Below are positions 22,351-31,500 of a DNA stretch of 64,000 nt, one piece after another. The stretch lies in NCBI GenBank assembly GCA_965217865.1, contig CBDCJO010000002.1:2560001-2624000 (forward strand), read 5' to 3'. The notes beneath the pieces were generated by a model. The model did no database searches. It saw nothing but the letters and a program-made list of their open reading frames with translations, and was not told the DNA's origin. The translations under genes were made by a program, and so were the position numbers. Numbering within the stretch: position 1 is the first letter of the stretch; the number at the start of each line of letters is the position of its first letter. Origin of the DNA: Candidatus Latescibacterota bacterium. GTDB lineage: Bacteria > Latescibacterota > UBA2968 > SICM01.

Positions 22351-23613
22351 TTATTCGCTTTTCAACACCGATGGCGATCTGGAAATTCGAAATGGGTATC
22401 TCCGATGGCAGCGGGTTGGAAAAAACATCCCCGGCGGTTGTGGAGGAAGACACGTCTGAGCGGGAGTCGGGAACCCCGGAGGAACAACCTCATCTCGCCA
22501 TCCGCCCCCTATCCGCTTAAGGTAGGTCTCTAATTTTACCGCCACCATCTCCTGTTCAAAATGCTGCTGTATCCTCAGACGGCCTGCGTCTCCCATTCTC
22601 TCCCCCGCACGGGTATCAAATAACAACCTCAAAAGAGACTGCCCCAGGGCACCCTCGTCTCCCGATGGGACAAGCAGTCCCGTTTGCCCGTGAAGGACCA
22701 ATTCGGGAACCCCCCCCACCTGGGTTGCCACCACAGGTTTGGCCATTGCCATCGCCTCAAGCACCGCATTGGGCGACCCCTCCATGGCGGAGGGATGTAC
22801 AAACAGGTCGATGGCTGAGAGGATCTCCGGAATGTCTTTCCGATATCCTAAAAATCTCACCCGATCCGAGATTTTAAGGTCTCTGGAGAGGGCTTTGAGT
22901 TGCTCCAAATCTTCTCCATCCCCCACGATCGCCAGGAAGGCTTCCTGGAAGATTTCAAACACCTTCGCGGCCGTCCGGAGAAGGAGCGGATAGTTCTTAA
23001 CCGGGGTCAACCTGCCAACTGCCCCAATCAATTGGAACCGCTCCGGGACTCCCAATGCCCGCCGCATCCTCCCCCGTTGGATGTGGCGGGCCGGATCCAG
23101 AATCTGGGTGTCCACTCCATTCGGCAACACCTCTACCCGTCCCCTGGAAATCTCCGGGAACCGATTCAGAATTTGACACTTCAGGAAATCCGAGTTAACA
23201 AGCGTACCCCTTACGACATCCTCCATGCCGTACCCAAGATGGGCCGATGATATTCCGGACCAGGGAGATGCACCCACCCTCAGCAGGACCGCCCCCTTTC
23301 CCACCCTGCGAATAATACCTGCAAGAAGGGCGGACTCTGTCCGGTTTCCCATTACTGTGCAAACGACGGCATCGATTGAATATTCCTTGAAGAATCGTTC
23401 TGCCTCCCACATCAGGTGTGCGTTGAAAGCCGGCTCGAAGAAATAATCGAAATGTGCAAACCCACTTGTCTGAGCTTGCTCCTGGGTTCACGACCCGCTC
23501 GGACAGGCAAACGTCACAGTGTGTCCCCGGTCCCGCAAACACTCCGCGGTTCCTATCGCCCAAGTCTCTCCTCCGCCTCCCTCAAGCGTATCGTTCCAAA
23601 ACAGGATGTTCAT
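22351..23613 (-). pseudogene. Glycosyltransferase family 4 with an in-frame TGA at codon 42
   Basis: MNILFWNDTLEGGGGE...ACPSGS*TQEQA... continues in frame into VGRLTPVKN...EGSPNAVLEAMA. Confidence 0.85.
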
Positions 23614-24982
23614 CGGAAATGCGAACATCTTCTGAGAGCGGATGTGCCGAAGGATATCGGCTTTCAAGGAGACCGGGATCCTGCTCGTCTCCCTCCAGGC
23701 AAGCACACATGGCAAGTTCGTAGGTGTAACGGACGCGTTCACAAGAGGCGGGATTGGGTTTGGACGCATCTCCCGTGGCCATCACCGCATCCGCGCAGCA
23801 ACCTCCTCCGCACTGATACCTCGCCCAGCAATTCCTGCAAGGTTCACGCCGCTCGACGTGGAGATCCTGCAACCACGAGCTGTACCGCTCCCGGTCTATC
23901 CCCGAAAACACATCACCCATTTGGAGTGAATCCCAACCCAACAGGTCGGAACAGGGGTATAGACCCCCTTGCGGAGACACGGCTATGGATCGAGTACCCG
24001 CTCCACAGCTGTATAAAAGAACGTGTCGACCCATCAACTGCGCTATCGGCCCCTCGATCTCTTCTAGAACCATCTCATCTCGGCTCACCAGATGATCGAT
24101 CGTATAATCCCTCAACACTCCCAAGTTATTTCGCACATCCTGGATATGCTCCTCCCGGATATGGTCTGGGTGTTGAGCCGGCAAACTTGCCCAGCGGACG
24201 CCTATGGCCCTGGCAAACGGAAATCGGCGTTTCAACTCGCCAATGCGGCCCGCCAAATCCATATCCCTTCTGTTTGCCACAATCTGAAGACGGAGCTCCC
24301 CCGATTGAGGTCCCGTTCCCAAGACTGAGGCAATTCGATCCAGGGAATCCTGATGGTAGTCTCCACGGACTTCCACAATCAGGCAAACTCCCTTATCATT
24401 GATATAGGTCAAATTTCTCTCTGTCAGGGTGGAACCGTCCGTGACCAATTCGAAATGAAGCTTCTTTCCAAGCGCAGCAGCCTGCACCTCACCATATTCA
24501 ATGATGCGTCTGATGAGAGGAAAGTTCAGAAGGGGGTCACCCCCCTCGAATGAAATCGTACAGTCCTCTAACAACCCGGACTCTTGCATGAGGAGGTCCA
24601 TCGCCCCCAGGGCTACGCCTTCCGACATGTACTTAGGCCCGGTACTCCGATCAGAATTGATGGTATCGGTGGTAACACAAAGGGAAAGATGTGAAATTTC
24701 GACCCGGCTGGGCGGGTGGAACGGAGCTATCTGGACCGGTTTGGGACTCAAAATCTCAGCCCGTTCAAGTTCCTCTATCGCGGACTTGATCTCATCCGCT
24801 GGATGGCTTCCGAGAAGAAGCTTGAAAATCTCTTCAGATGTATGGCCGCTGCCGACAGCCAGAACATCCCGGGTCACGTCATCGATCTCGAAAAACCCGC
24901 CCCTGAGAACATCAAACAGAATATGTCTCTGATTCATTTCGAAAACGTGACTCTCGCATTTGAAAACGGTATTCGAAATCAT
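23582..24982 (-). CDS. RRE-radical SAM/SPASM paralog lacking the CxxxCxxC motif
   Basis: N-terminal LFDVLRGGFFEIDD RRE-like domain; motif region reads HLSLCVTTDTINSD; FEGGDPLLN; SPASM cysteines intact (CGAG, YPC, CRNCWARYQCGGGC, SC). Confidence 0.82.
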   Translation of the reverse strand: MISNTVFKCESHVFEMNQRHILFDVLRGGFFEIDDVTRDVLAVGSGHTSEEIFKLLLGSHPADEIKSAIEELERAEILSPKPVQIAPFHPPSRVEISHLSLCVTTDTINSDRSTGPKYMSEGVALGAMDLLMQESGLLEDCTISFEGGDPLLNFPLIRRIIEYGEVQAAALGKKLHFELVTDGSTLTERNLTYINDKGVCLIVEVRGDYHQDSLDRIASVLGTGPQSGELRLQIVANRRDMDLAGRIGELKRRFPFARAIGVRWASLPAQHPDHIREEHIQDVRNNLGVLRDYTIDHLVSRDEMVLEEIEGPIAQLMGRHVLLYSCGAGTRSIAVSPQGGLYPCSDLLGWDSLQMGDVFSGIDRERYSSWLQDLHVERREPCRNCWARYQCGGGCCADAVMATGDASKPNPASCERVRYTYELAMCACLEGDEQDPGLLESRYPSAHPLSEDVRISDEHPVLERYA

Positions 24983-26408
24983 TGAATAGTTCCCCTGATT
25001 AATAACTCTTCCGGTCTAACGCCCTCCTCCTCCAAAACCCCCTTTACAAACGCCCTGTCCGTTTCCGTTGTCTCCAGTTCCAGCTCACGCCTCTCCCCCA
25101 GGCCTCCAACGCCCTGTCCGTTTCCGTTGTCTCCAGTTCCAGCTCACGCCTCTCCCCCAGGCCTCCAACCACCTCCAAAGCAGCGTCGGCCTGGTGGCGC
25201 GAAGTGATGGCCACCGGATGGGTGAATATCCGATTCGAGTCCCGATCACCCGGGACGATCGGACCGATCCGGCACTGGATCCCGGCCAGGTGGGGGAGGA
25301 AGCCATCGCATGCCTGGCCGGTCCAGTGCCGAAGCGTCACGGACATATCAAACCCTTGACCCCGTATCGCCTTTGCCATTCCAAACTGCCTGACCATTCG
25401 CCATAAGCCCGCCCCACGGATGGGAGAAGGAATCACTTCATCGATATACCGGCACGCGGAAAAAAGCCCTTCGAAACCCGAAGGGACCAGACAGGCGATG
25501 TGGGCATCCGGATGCTGTCCCCTCAGGTATCTCAAGGCGGGGATGGCCAGGACCACGTCTCCGATCCCGCCCGGCGCAAGGACGAGGATCCGGCCTGGAA
25601 TCGGAGATTCAGGCGACGGCCTTCGAACCCGGTTTATAAAAGACCCGAATCCAAAAATTGCGGCCCTTTCCATCGCCTCACAAATACGCCCCTTCACCAT
25701 AGCCGCTACAGAGAGGAGAAAGGGCAATACCACACGTGGCAAGAAATCGTAGCGGTCCACATACGTAAGAACCCGGGTGTCGAGAAGCCATCCCGACATC
25801 CACGTAAGGCAGAAACCTCGATAGGGGTGACGATCCGAAAAATCGTAAACTCCTACCGCCAGATCGAACCCGCCGGCCTTCCGCAACGCCCTGACCAGGG
25901 CGGGAAGATTTCGGATATCCGCGCTGAATCTTCGAATATGCAAGTCGGCCCCAGGAATCCTTTCCCGGATGATCCCCGCAGGAATCCTGATGGCTGATGG
26001 ATCCGTGGAAAAGGTATAGAGAAGAACCCTCAAGTCCCTCCCGTTTACACCTTCCAGCAAACCATCACCGTGCCCACGGATCGACCATCGGAATAGATTT
26101 TCGAGGGGGTTCAACGGGCTATACACAATTGGGACCCAACGGCCTAAAAAGCGCTGGAGGACCCCGACCTGGATCGCCCCGACCGACCTCAGTTCCTCCA
26201 GCGCATCGCAGATATCCTCCTCCGGAAGATGGTCCTTCAGGGCATTCACCACCTCCCCGGAGGTACGTCCATCGCAGACGGAAAGAACAGCACGCACGAC
26301 ATCGTCGATCTCGAACCCGAGACTGTTCCCGGAGATCAACACGGTCCGACCGTCACCGGTCTCAATGATATCCAGCCCGTCTCGGATATAGAGGTTTCCG
26401 TTCATCAC
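24979..26408 (-). pseudogene. RRE-fused glycosyltransferase family 9 (heptosyltransferase-like), C-terminal domain missing and frameshifted
   Basis: First ~80 aa resemble the N-termini of both rSAM proteins (FEIDDVVRAVL..CDG.T..EV...L...EDI.DALEEL); RILVLAPGGIGDVVLAIPALRYLR is the GT9 signature. Confidence 0.8.
25049..25169. repeat. Perfect 59-bp tandem duplication
   Basis: AACGCCCTGTCCGTTTCCGTTG...CAGGCCTCC occurs at 25049 and 25108. Confidence 0.95.
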
Positions 26409-27862
26409 GCAGGCACCGCTTCAAGGTCTAGAAATCGTCGATCGACCAGTTCCTGATCGCGCTCCTGAAGCTCGACACACATGCCCATCGCCAGCTCGTA
26501 AGAGTGGCGGATGATTTCACACGACACGGGATTCGGGGTGAATCCGTCGCCGGTGGCCAAAAACGCATCGTGAGCGCACCCCCCTCCGCACAGGTTTCTC
26601 GCCCAGCATGTCTGGCAGGGCTTCTTGTTCCCGATGTAGAGCCGGTCTTTGAATCCGTCCTGTTTTTCCGAATCCAGTCCGGAAAAGACATCCCCGAGTC
26701 GGAACTCATCCTTCCCGGCCAGGCTGGAACAGAAATAGATCGAACCGTCGATGGATATCGACAGAAGTTTCCGGCCCCCGCTGCAACCGTATTTCGCCCG
26801 CTCCTGCTTCAGGAGTTGGCGTGCAAGGCTCTCAAACCTCCCTAGCTTCGTGGGGGGGTCCTCGTTGACAAGCCTCTCCACACAGTAGTCGCGCATCTCC
26901 CTTAGATGAGTCCGCATCTGGGGAAGATGCTCCTCCCGAATTGCCCACGGTTTGTCCGGGGTCTCGTTGACCGTTCCGACCAGGACAGCGCTGGCCTCCC
27001 CGAGTTCCGACAGGCTCCTGGCGGTTCCCGCAAGGTCCATGTTGGCCGATGTCAGCGTTGCCCGCAGGGTCACCTTCTCGGGCCTTTCGGCCATCATTCG
27101 TTGGGCGTTTCGAGACACCACTTCGTATGAGCCTTTTCCGTCGTGGAACATCCGCAGCCCGCTCTCGTCCTGCTTCGGGCCGTCGAGGCTGACCATCACT
27201 TCGATGTCCTCTTCATCGAAGAAACGGACCACTTCATCGTTCATCAACGTCCCATTCGTCGTGATCCCGAACGTTACGACGACCCCGACCTCCTCAGCCT
27301 TAAGACGGGCATACCGAACCACCTCTTTGATCAGGGGAAAATTGAGGAGCGGTTCTCCCCCGAAGAAATTGATGTGAGAACGGCCGACGGATCTACATCG
27401 ATCCAGCACCCAGTCCACGGCTTGCCGGGCGACCTCCGGCCGCATCTGCTCGACCCTTCCCCCGTAGGCCCCGCCGTCGGCGAAGCAGTAGATGCACTTG
27501 AGGTTGCATGCGTGGGAGACGTGCAGGGTCACACAGATCGGCGCGTCTGGTGTGCATTGGGGGTTCTCAGAATCCGGGATTTCGGACGGAATGGGCCCTT
27601 CGGAAATCAGGCCGGCTCCCTCCAACTCATGCGAAACCTCCAGGATTTCCTCCGGTGTCCATTGATCCGACAAAGCGGCGGCTACCTGTTCCGAAGACAA
27701 CCCCTCGCACGCGTCCAGAACCGCCTCGGACAGTTCGTCGATCTCGAAGAACCGGAGACCTTCCACGTCGAATAGAAGACGCCGGGAACCGTCCTGAAAC
27801 GTGTGTACCTCAGGCCGCCTGTACACCGGACCCGCCTTTCTTCTCCTGATCTGCCTTTTCAT
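26405..27862 (-). CDS. RRE-containing radical SAM/SPASM peptide maturase
   Basis: CNLKCIYC, FFGGEPLLN, TTNGTL, SLDGP, SPASM CSGG...YFC...CQTCWARNLCGGGC...SC; N-terminal RRE-like domain. Start codon uncertain (27862 or a nearby GTG). Confidence 0.93.
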   Translation of the reverse strand: MKRQIRRRKAGPVYRRPEVHTFQDGSRRLLFDVEGLRFFEIDELSEAVLDACEGLSSEQVAAALSDQWTPEEILEVSHELEGAGLISEGPIPSEIPDSENPQCTPDAPICVTLHVSHACNLKCIYCFADGGAYGGRVEQMRPEVARQAVDWVLDRCRSVGRSHINFFGGEPLLNFPLIKEVVRYARLKAEEVGVVVTFGITTNGTLMNDEVVRFFDEEDIEVMVSLDGPKQDESGLRMFHDGKGSYEVVSRNAQRMMAERPEKVTLRATLTSANMDLAGTARSLSELGEASAVLVGTVNETPDKPWAIREEHLPQMRTHLREMRDYCVERLVNEDPPTKLGRFESLARQLLKQERAKYGCSGGRKLLSISIDGSIYFCSSLAGKDEFRLGDVFSGLDSEKQDGFKDRLYIGNKKPCQTCWARNLCGGGCAHDAFLATGDGFTPNPVSCEIIRHSYELAMGMCVELQERDQELVDRRFLDLEAVPA

Positions 27863-28062
27863 CGACCTCGATCGTCCGGTTCTCAGCACCCTTGTTCTTT
27901 AAGAACGAGAAGTTGGGCCAAGGGAACATAGGGTAATCCGGATAACAGGATAAAGTGATCCGTCGCGTCTGCCCGGCCTTTGGCCTGGGCTTTCCCCTTG
28001 TCTGAATTTCCAAACACCCGTGAAAGCCCATTGACCAGCCTTAAATGTCGCTTTCTTTCCAT
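27810..28062 (-). CDS. Putative RiPP precursor A2, frameshifted at about 27960 between leader and core
   Basis: GGAGG RBS + ATG 28062 gives MERKRHLRLVNGLSRVFGNSDKGKAQAKGRADAT; the +1 frame gives ITLSCYPDYPMFPWPNFSFLKNKG..., which aligns with A1. Confidence 0.75.
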
Positions 28063-28125
28063 GAAGTCCTCCGGTGGTTTCAAGTCAAGCTGTTTGGGGA
28101 GATTGATAATTGAATATCCTTATCA

Positions 28126-28323
28126 CTACTCATTACTCGGGGTGGTCCTGGATTCGGTCTCATCCGGGGAGTTAACGGGACTTTGACGACGAAACAGGGA
28201 AAAGTTGGGGAAGATAGATCCTTCCGGCCAAATCGAGAGGGTGATGGACTGAAACGAATCTGAACGGCCACGGAAACCCGCAATCCCCTCATGATCGCGC
28301 GCGAGCCCGTTGACCAGCTTGCC
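28126..28323 (-). CDS. Putative RiPP precursor A1 (start not identifiable; in-frame TAG immediately upstream)
   Basis: Not in the ORF track. GKLVNGLARDHEGIAGFRGRSDSFQSITLSIWPEGSIFPNFSLFRRQSPVNSPDETESRTTPSNE*; homologous to A2 in both leader and core. Confidence 0.7.
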   Translation of the reverse strand, partial: GKLVNGLARDHEGIAGFRGRSDSFQSITLSIWPEGSIFPNFSLFRRQSPVNSPDETESRTTPSNE

Positions 28324-28520
28324 CTATTCCAAAATGCCGAATATAGAAAAAAAAGCACCGGACAGTGTCCAAGTGCTTGAAAAACAGTTTGAAATCACGG
28401 GGAAGTCTTTAACCCTGGAGCTTAATTCATTCGGTTGGAATGATAAATATCCTTAGCATCCAATTTTTCCATCAATTATAAAAATCTCCTATCTATTAAC
28501 AAATAAATGTGGATGAATAA

Positions 28521-28567
28521 GTGCACAAGTTATATGCACATAGGTGCAAAGAAATCTTTGCACCTAT
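28521..28567. promoter_or_regulatory. Tandem TGCA...TGCA inverted repeats, candidate enhancer (UAS) for a sigma54 activator
   Basis: GTGCA-N9-TGCAC followed directly by ATAGGTGCAAAGA-AA-TCTTTGCACCTAT; no U-tract follows. Confidence 0.5.
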
Positions 28568-28596
28568 CGTGTTCCATTAATACCGGGACATGTTTG

Positions 28597-31500
28597 TCAA
28601 TCCTGGTTCCTCAACCCATAGCGTTTCATCTTCTGCTGAAGCGTCACCCGGCTGATCTTCAATGTTTCCGCGGTTCGGGTCACATTGTGGCCGTTATTGA
28701 CCAGGGCCTCTCTGATCATTGCCCGCTCCACCTGTTCTACCGCCTCCTTGAGGGAATCCCTGTCTCCTGCCAATGAAACAGCGTCGACAGAACGGCCCCG
28801 AACCCTCTCCGATAAAGCATCTTTTGAGATCTCCTGACCCGAGGGGGTGAGTGTCACAGCCCGTTTGATCTCATTCTCCAGTTCCCGTACGTTTCCAGGC
28901 CAGGTATGATCGATCAGAAGGGCCATAGCATCTGGTTCGATCCCGGGCACTTCCCGATTCAATGTCTTCCCGAACTCGTCCAAAAAATGCCTTGCAAGCA
29001 TCGGGATATCCTCTCGCCGGTCCCGCATGGGAGGAAGCGGGATCGGAAAGGCATTCAGCCGATAGAAAAGATCCTCCCGAAACCGGCCTTCACCGATCTC
29101 TTTTCCCAGATCCCTGTTGGTTGCGACAATCACCCGCACATCCACCTTTCTGGCCTTTGTCTCCCCAACACGGCGGACCTCCCCCTCCTGGAGCACGCGC
29201 AGGAGCCGGGATTGTACCTCCGGAGAGGCGTTCGTGATTTCGTCCAGGAAGAGCGTACCTCCGGTAGCGGCTTCGAACAGCCCGGACCGGTCCGCGATGG
29301 CCCCGGTAAAGGCACCCCGCCGATGTCCGAACAGCTCGCTCTCCAAAAGGCCTGGCGGCATCGCCCCGCAGTCCTGCACGATGAACGGACCGTCCTTTCG
29401 AGGGCCGTTGTAATGGATACTCCGTGCGACCAGCTCCTTGCCTACCCCGGTTTCCCCGGTGAGGAGGACCGTCATCCCGTGACCCGCCGCATTCGAAATC
29501 AGGGCGTAAACCTTCTGCATCGCCGGGCTCCCGCCGATCAGGCTGTCGAAGGCATAGCGCCGCTCAGCCTCCTGCTGGAGATGCAGGGCCTTCTGTTTCA
29601 GACCTTCGTGCAACTCCGCATTTTCGATCGCGATGGCCGCCAAATTCCCGAAGGCCTTCAGGAACTCCTCGTCCTCTTCCAAAAAGGCATCGGCGTGCCC
29701 CCGATGGTCCACGTAGAGCGCACCGATGATCCGACCGGATTTGATGCGAAGGGGCATGCACATCACGGACCGGATTCGATAGTCCACCACGCTCTGCCGG
29801 CCGACAAATTTCGGGTCGCTCTTCGCGTCCGCCGCCCTGAGGGGCCGCCCTGAAGTCATCGCATCCCGGATCAGGCTGTAACTGATCTGCGCGACCTCCT
29901 TCTCTTCCATCCGACGTGCCCTATAGGACCGGACCGTCAGCTCCTCACCCGGCTCCGCCAGAACGATAAGTCCCCGCTCGGCCTGCGTCGTCTCGAGGAG
30001 CAGGTCGATGGAACGGTTCAACAGGACGTCCAGATCGAGTATGGATGTCAGGGCCTTGCTCACCTCATACAGGGTCGACAGACGGTCCTCCGTAATCAGA
30101 TGATCTCCTGGAATATCCGGGTTGCTCATTTCGGTCTGTGAATCCGGTGCTGGGGTCTCTAACCTGGGATTTTCTGCTTCCGTGGGTTTGACTCTCCCAG
30201 AACCAGGGTCCCCCTTTTTGGATTGGGTGTTTTTTTTCATAACGATCTCCAACTCCCGAGCGGCCTTGCCCGCGAAATGCGTGGCACCCATCTGGGTAAA
30301 TATCTCTTCGGCCTTCTTGAGACAATTGATAGCATGCCCATGTTCCCCGAATCGATGATAAAACTTCCCCCCTTCCAGATAGGAACATCCCAGGTCGTAA
30401 ATCGGGTTCCCATCGATCACCGAGATGCTCTTTTTAAAACACCGTTCCGCCTCTTCATAATGCCCCATGGCTGACCTGGCTTTTCCAATCGCGCGCCAGC
30501 TCTGGTTCTGACGTAGAATATCCGCTGCCCCTGAAACATCCCGGGCAAGAAGGGCTTGTTTCAAGGCCCTATCCGGCCGACCCTGTCTAAGGGCGATCTC
30601 CGACAACTGGCAGTAGGCCAGCGGCAATTTTAACGTATCCTGAATCGTGAGGAACATTTCTTGGGCTGTTCGATAAGCATCTTCAGCGTTTTTCAGATCC
30701 CCCCGTTCAAGATAGATCGCACCCATGTCGATCAAAGTCTTCGCAACTCGACGTTTGGATCTCTGTGATCTGTCAAATTCCAACTCCTGTCGGGCGAATT
30801 CCTCAGCTAAGTCAAATTCTCCCCGTAGAAGATAGATCTGTCGAAGAGGGCCCAAACTCATGTATTTGGATATGGGGTCTTCGATCTCCTCGCAGATCTT
30901 CAGAGCTTCCCTTTCGCACTTCTCAACCTGGAGCAGATCTCCCCGCATCGAATGAGCCCGGGAAAGGGTTTGTAGACACCTGATCTCATTCCTTTTTCCT
31001 TCCATCATTCGATACTTTTCAGCAGCCTTGAACATGAATCCAGATGCCCGGTCAAACTCCCTTTTGTGCCAACAAAATGCGCTCAACCTCTGGAGTGAAA
31101 AAGCTTCATTTTCGCCATCACCCAGTAATTTATAAAGTCTCTGAGCTTTGAGGGCTGTCTCAATGGCCTTATCGTGGTCATCCTGATAAAGATATACACC
31201 GGAAAGGACCGAAAAAGCTTTTGCCTTCTGGTAGTCCATTTTCTCATTTTTTATTAGATCAAGAACCTGTTCGGCATTTCTTTTCGCTTCCTGCCATCGA
31301 CCTGTCATTATTAAGACGTATGCATAATTGCAGATAAGGTCCGTGTGAACGGTCGCCTTCTTTGTCAAACCTTCCGCTTGAATTAGCCCCAGAGCCTTTT
31401 CATAGGAGGATATGGCATTTCCGATGGCGTAGAGTTCGACCGCCCGATCTCCCCCATGCTTCAGGTAGGATATCGCCTTTTTGTGGTCCCCCCCTTCGTA

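Noticed and set aside
15527-23490. Alternative genetic code (TGA = Trp/Gly) or selenocysteine
   Set aside because: TGA terminates many genes, including at ATGA overlaps; TGG is common; neither site is a Cys-type catalytic position.
27883-28083. ORF-track peptide ending ...LAQLLVLKEQGC as the precursor
   Set aside because: Only its leader matches paralog A1; the homologous core lies in the +1 frame.
28080-28358. 92-aa ORF MLFFLYSAFWNR...
   Set aside because: It is an alternative frame over A1, whose frame is supported by homology to A2.
28350-28480. Sigma54 -24/-12 promoter
   Set aside because: Candidates TGGAAAAATTGGATGC and TGGACACTGTCCGGTGC have 11- and 12-nt spacing rather than 10.
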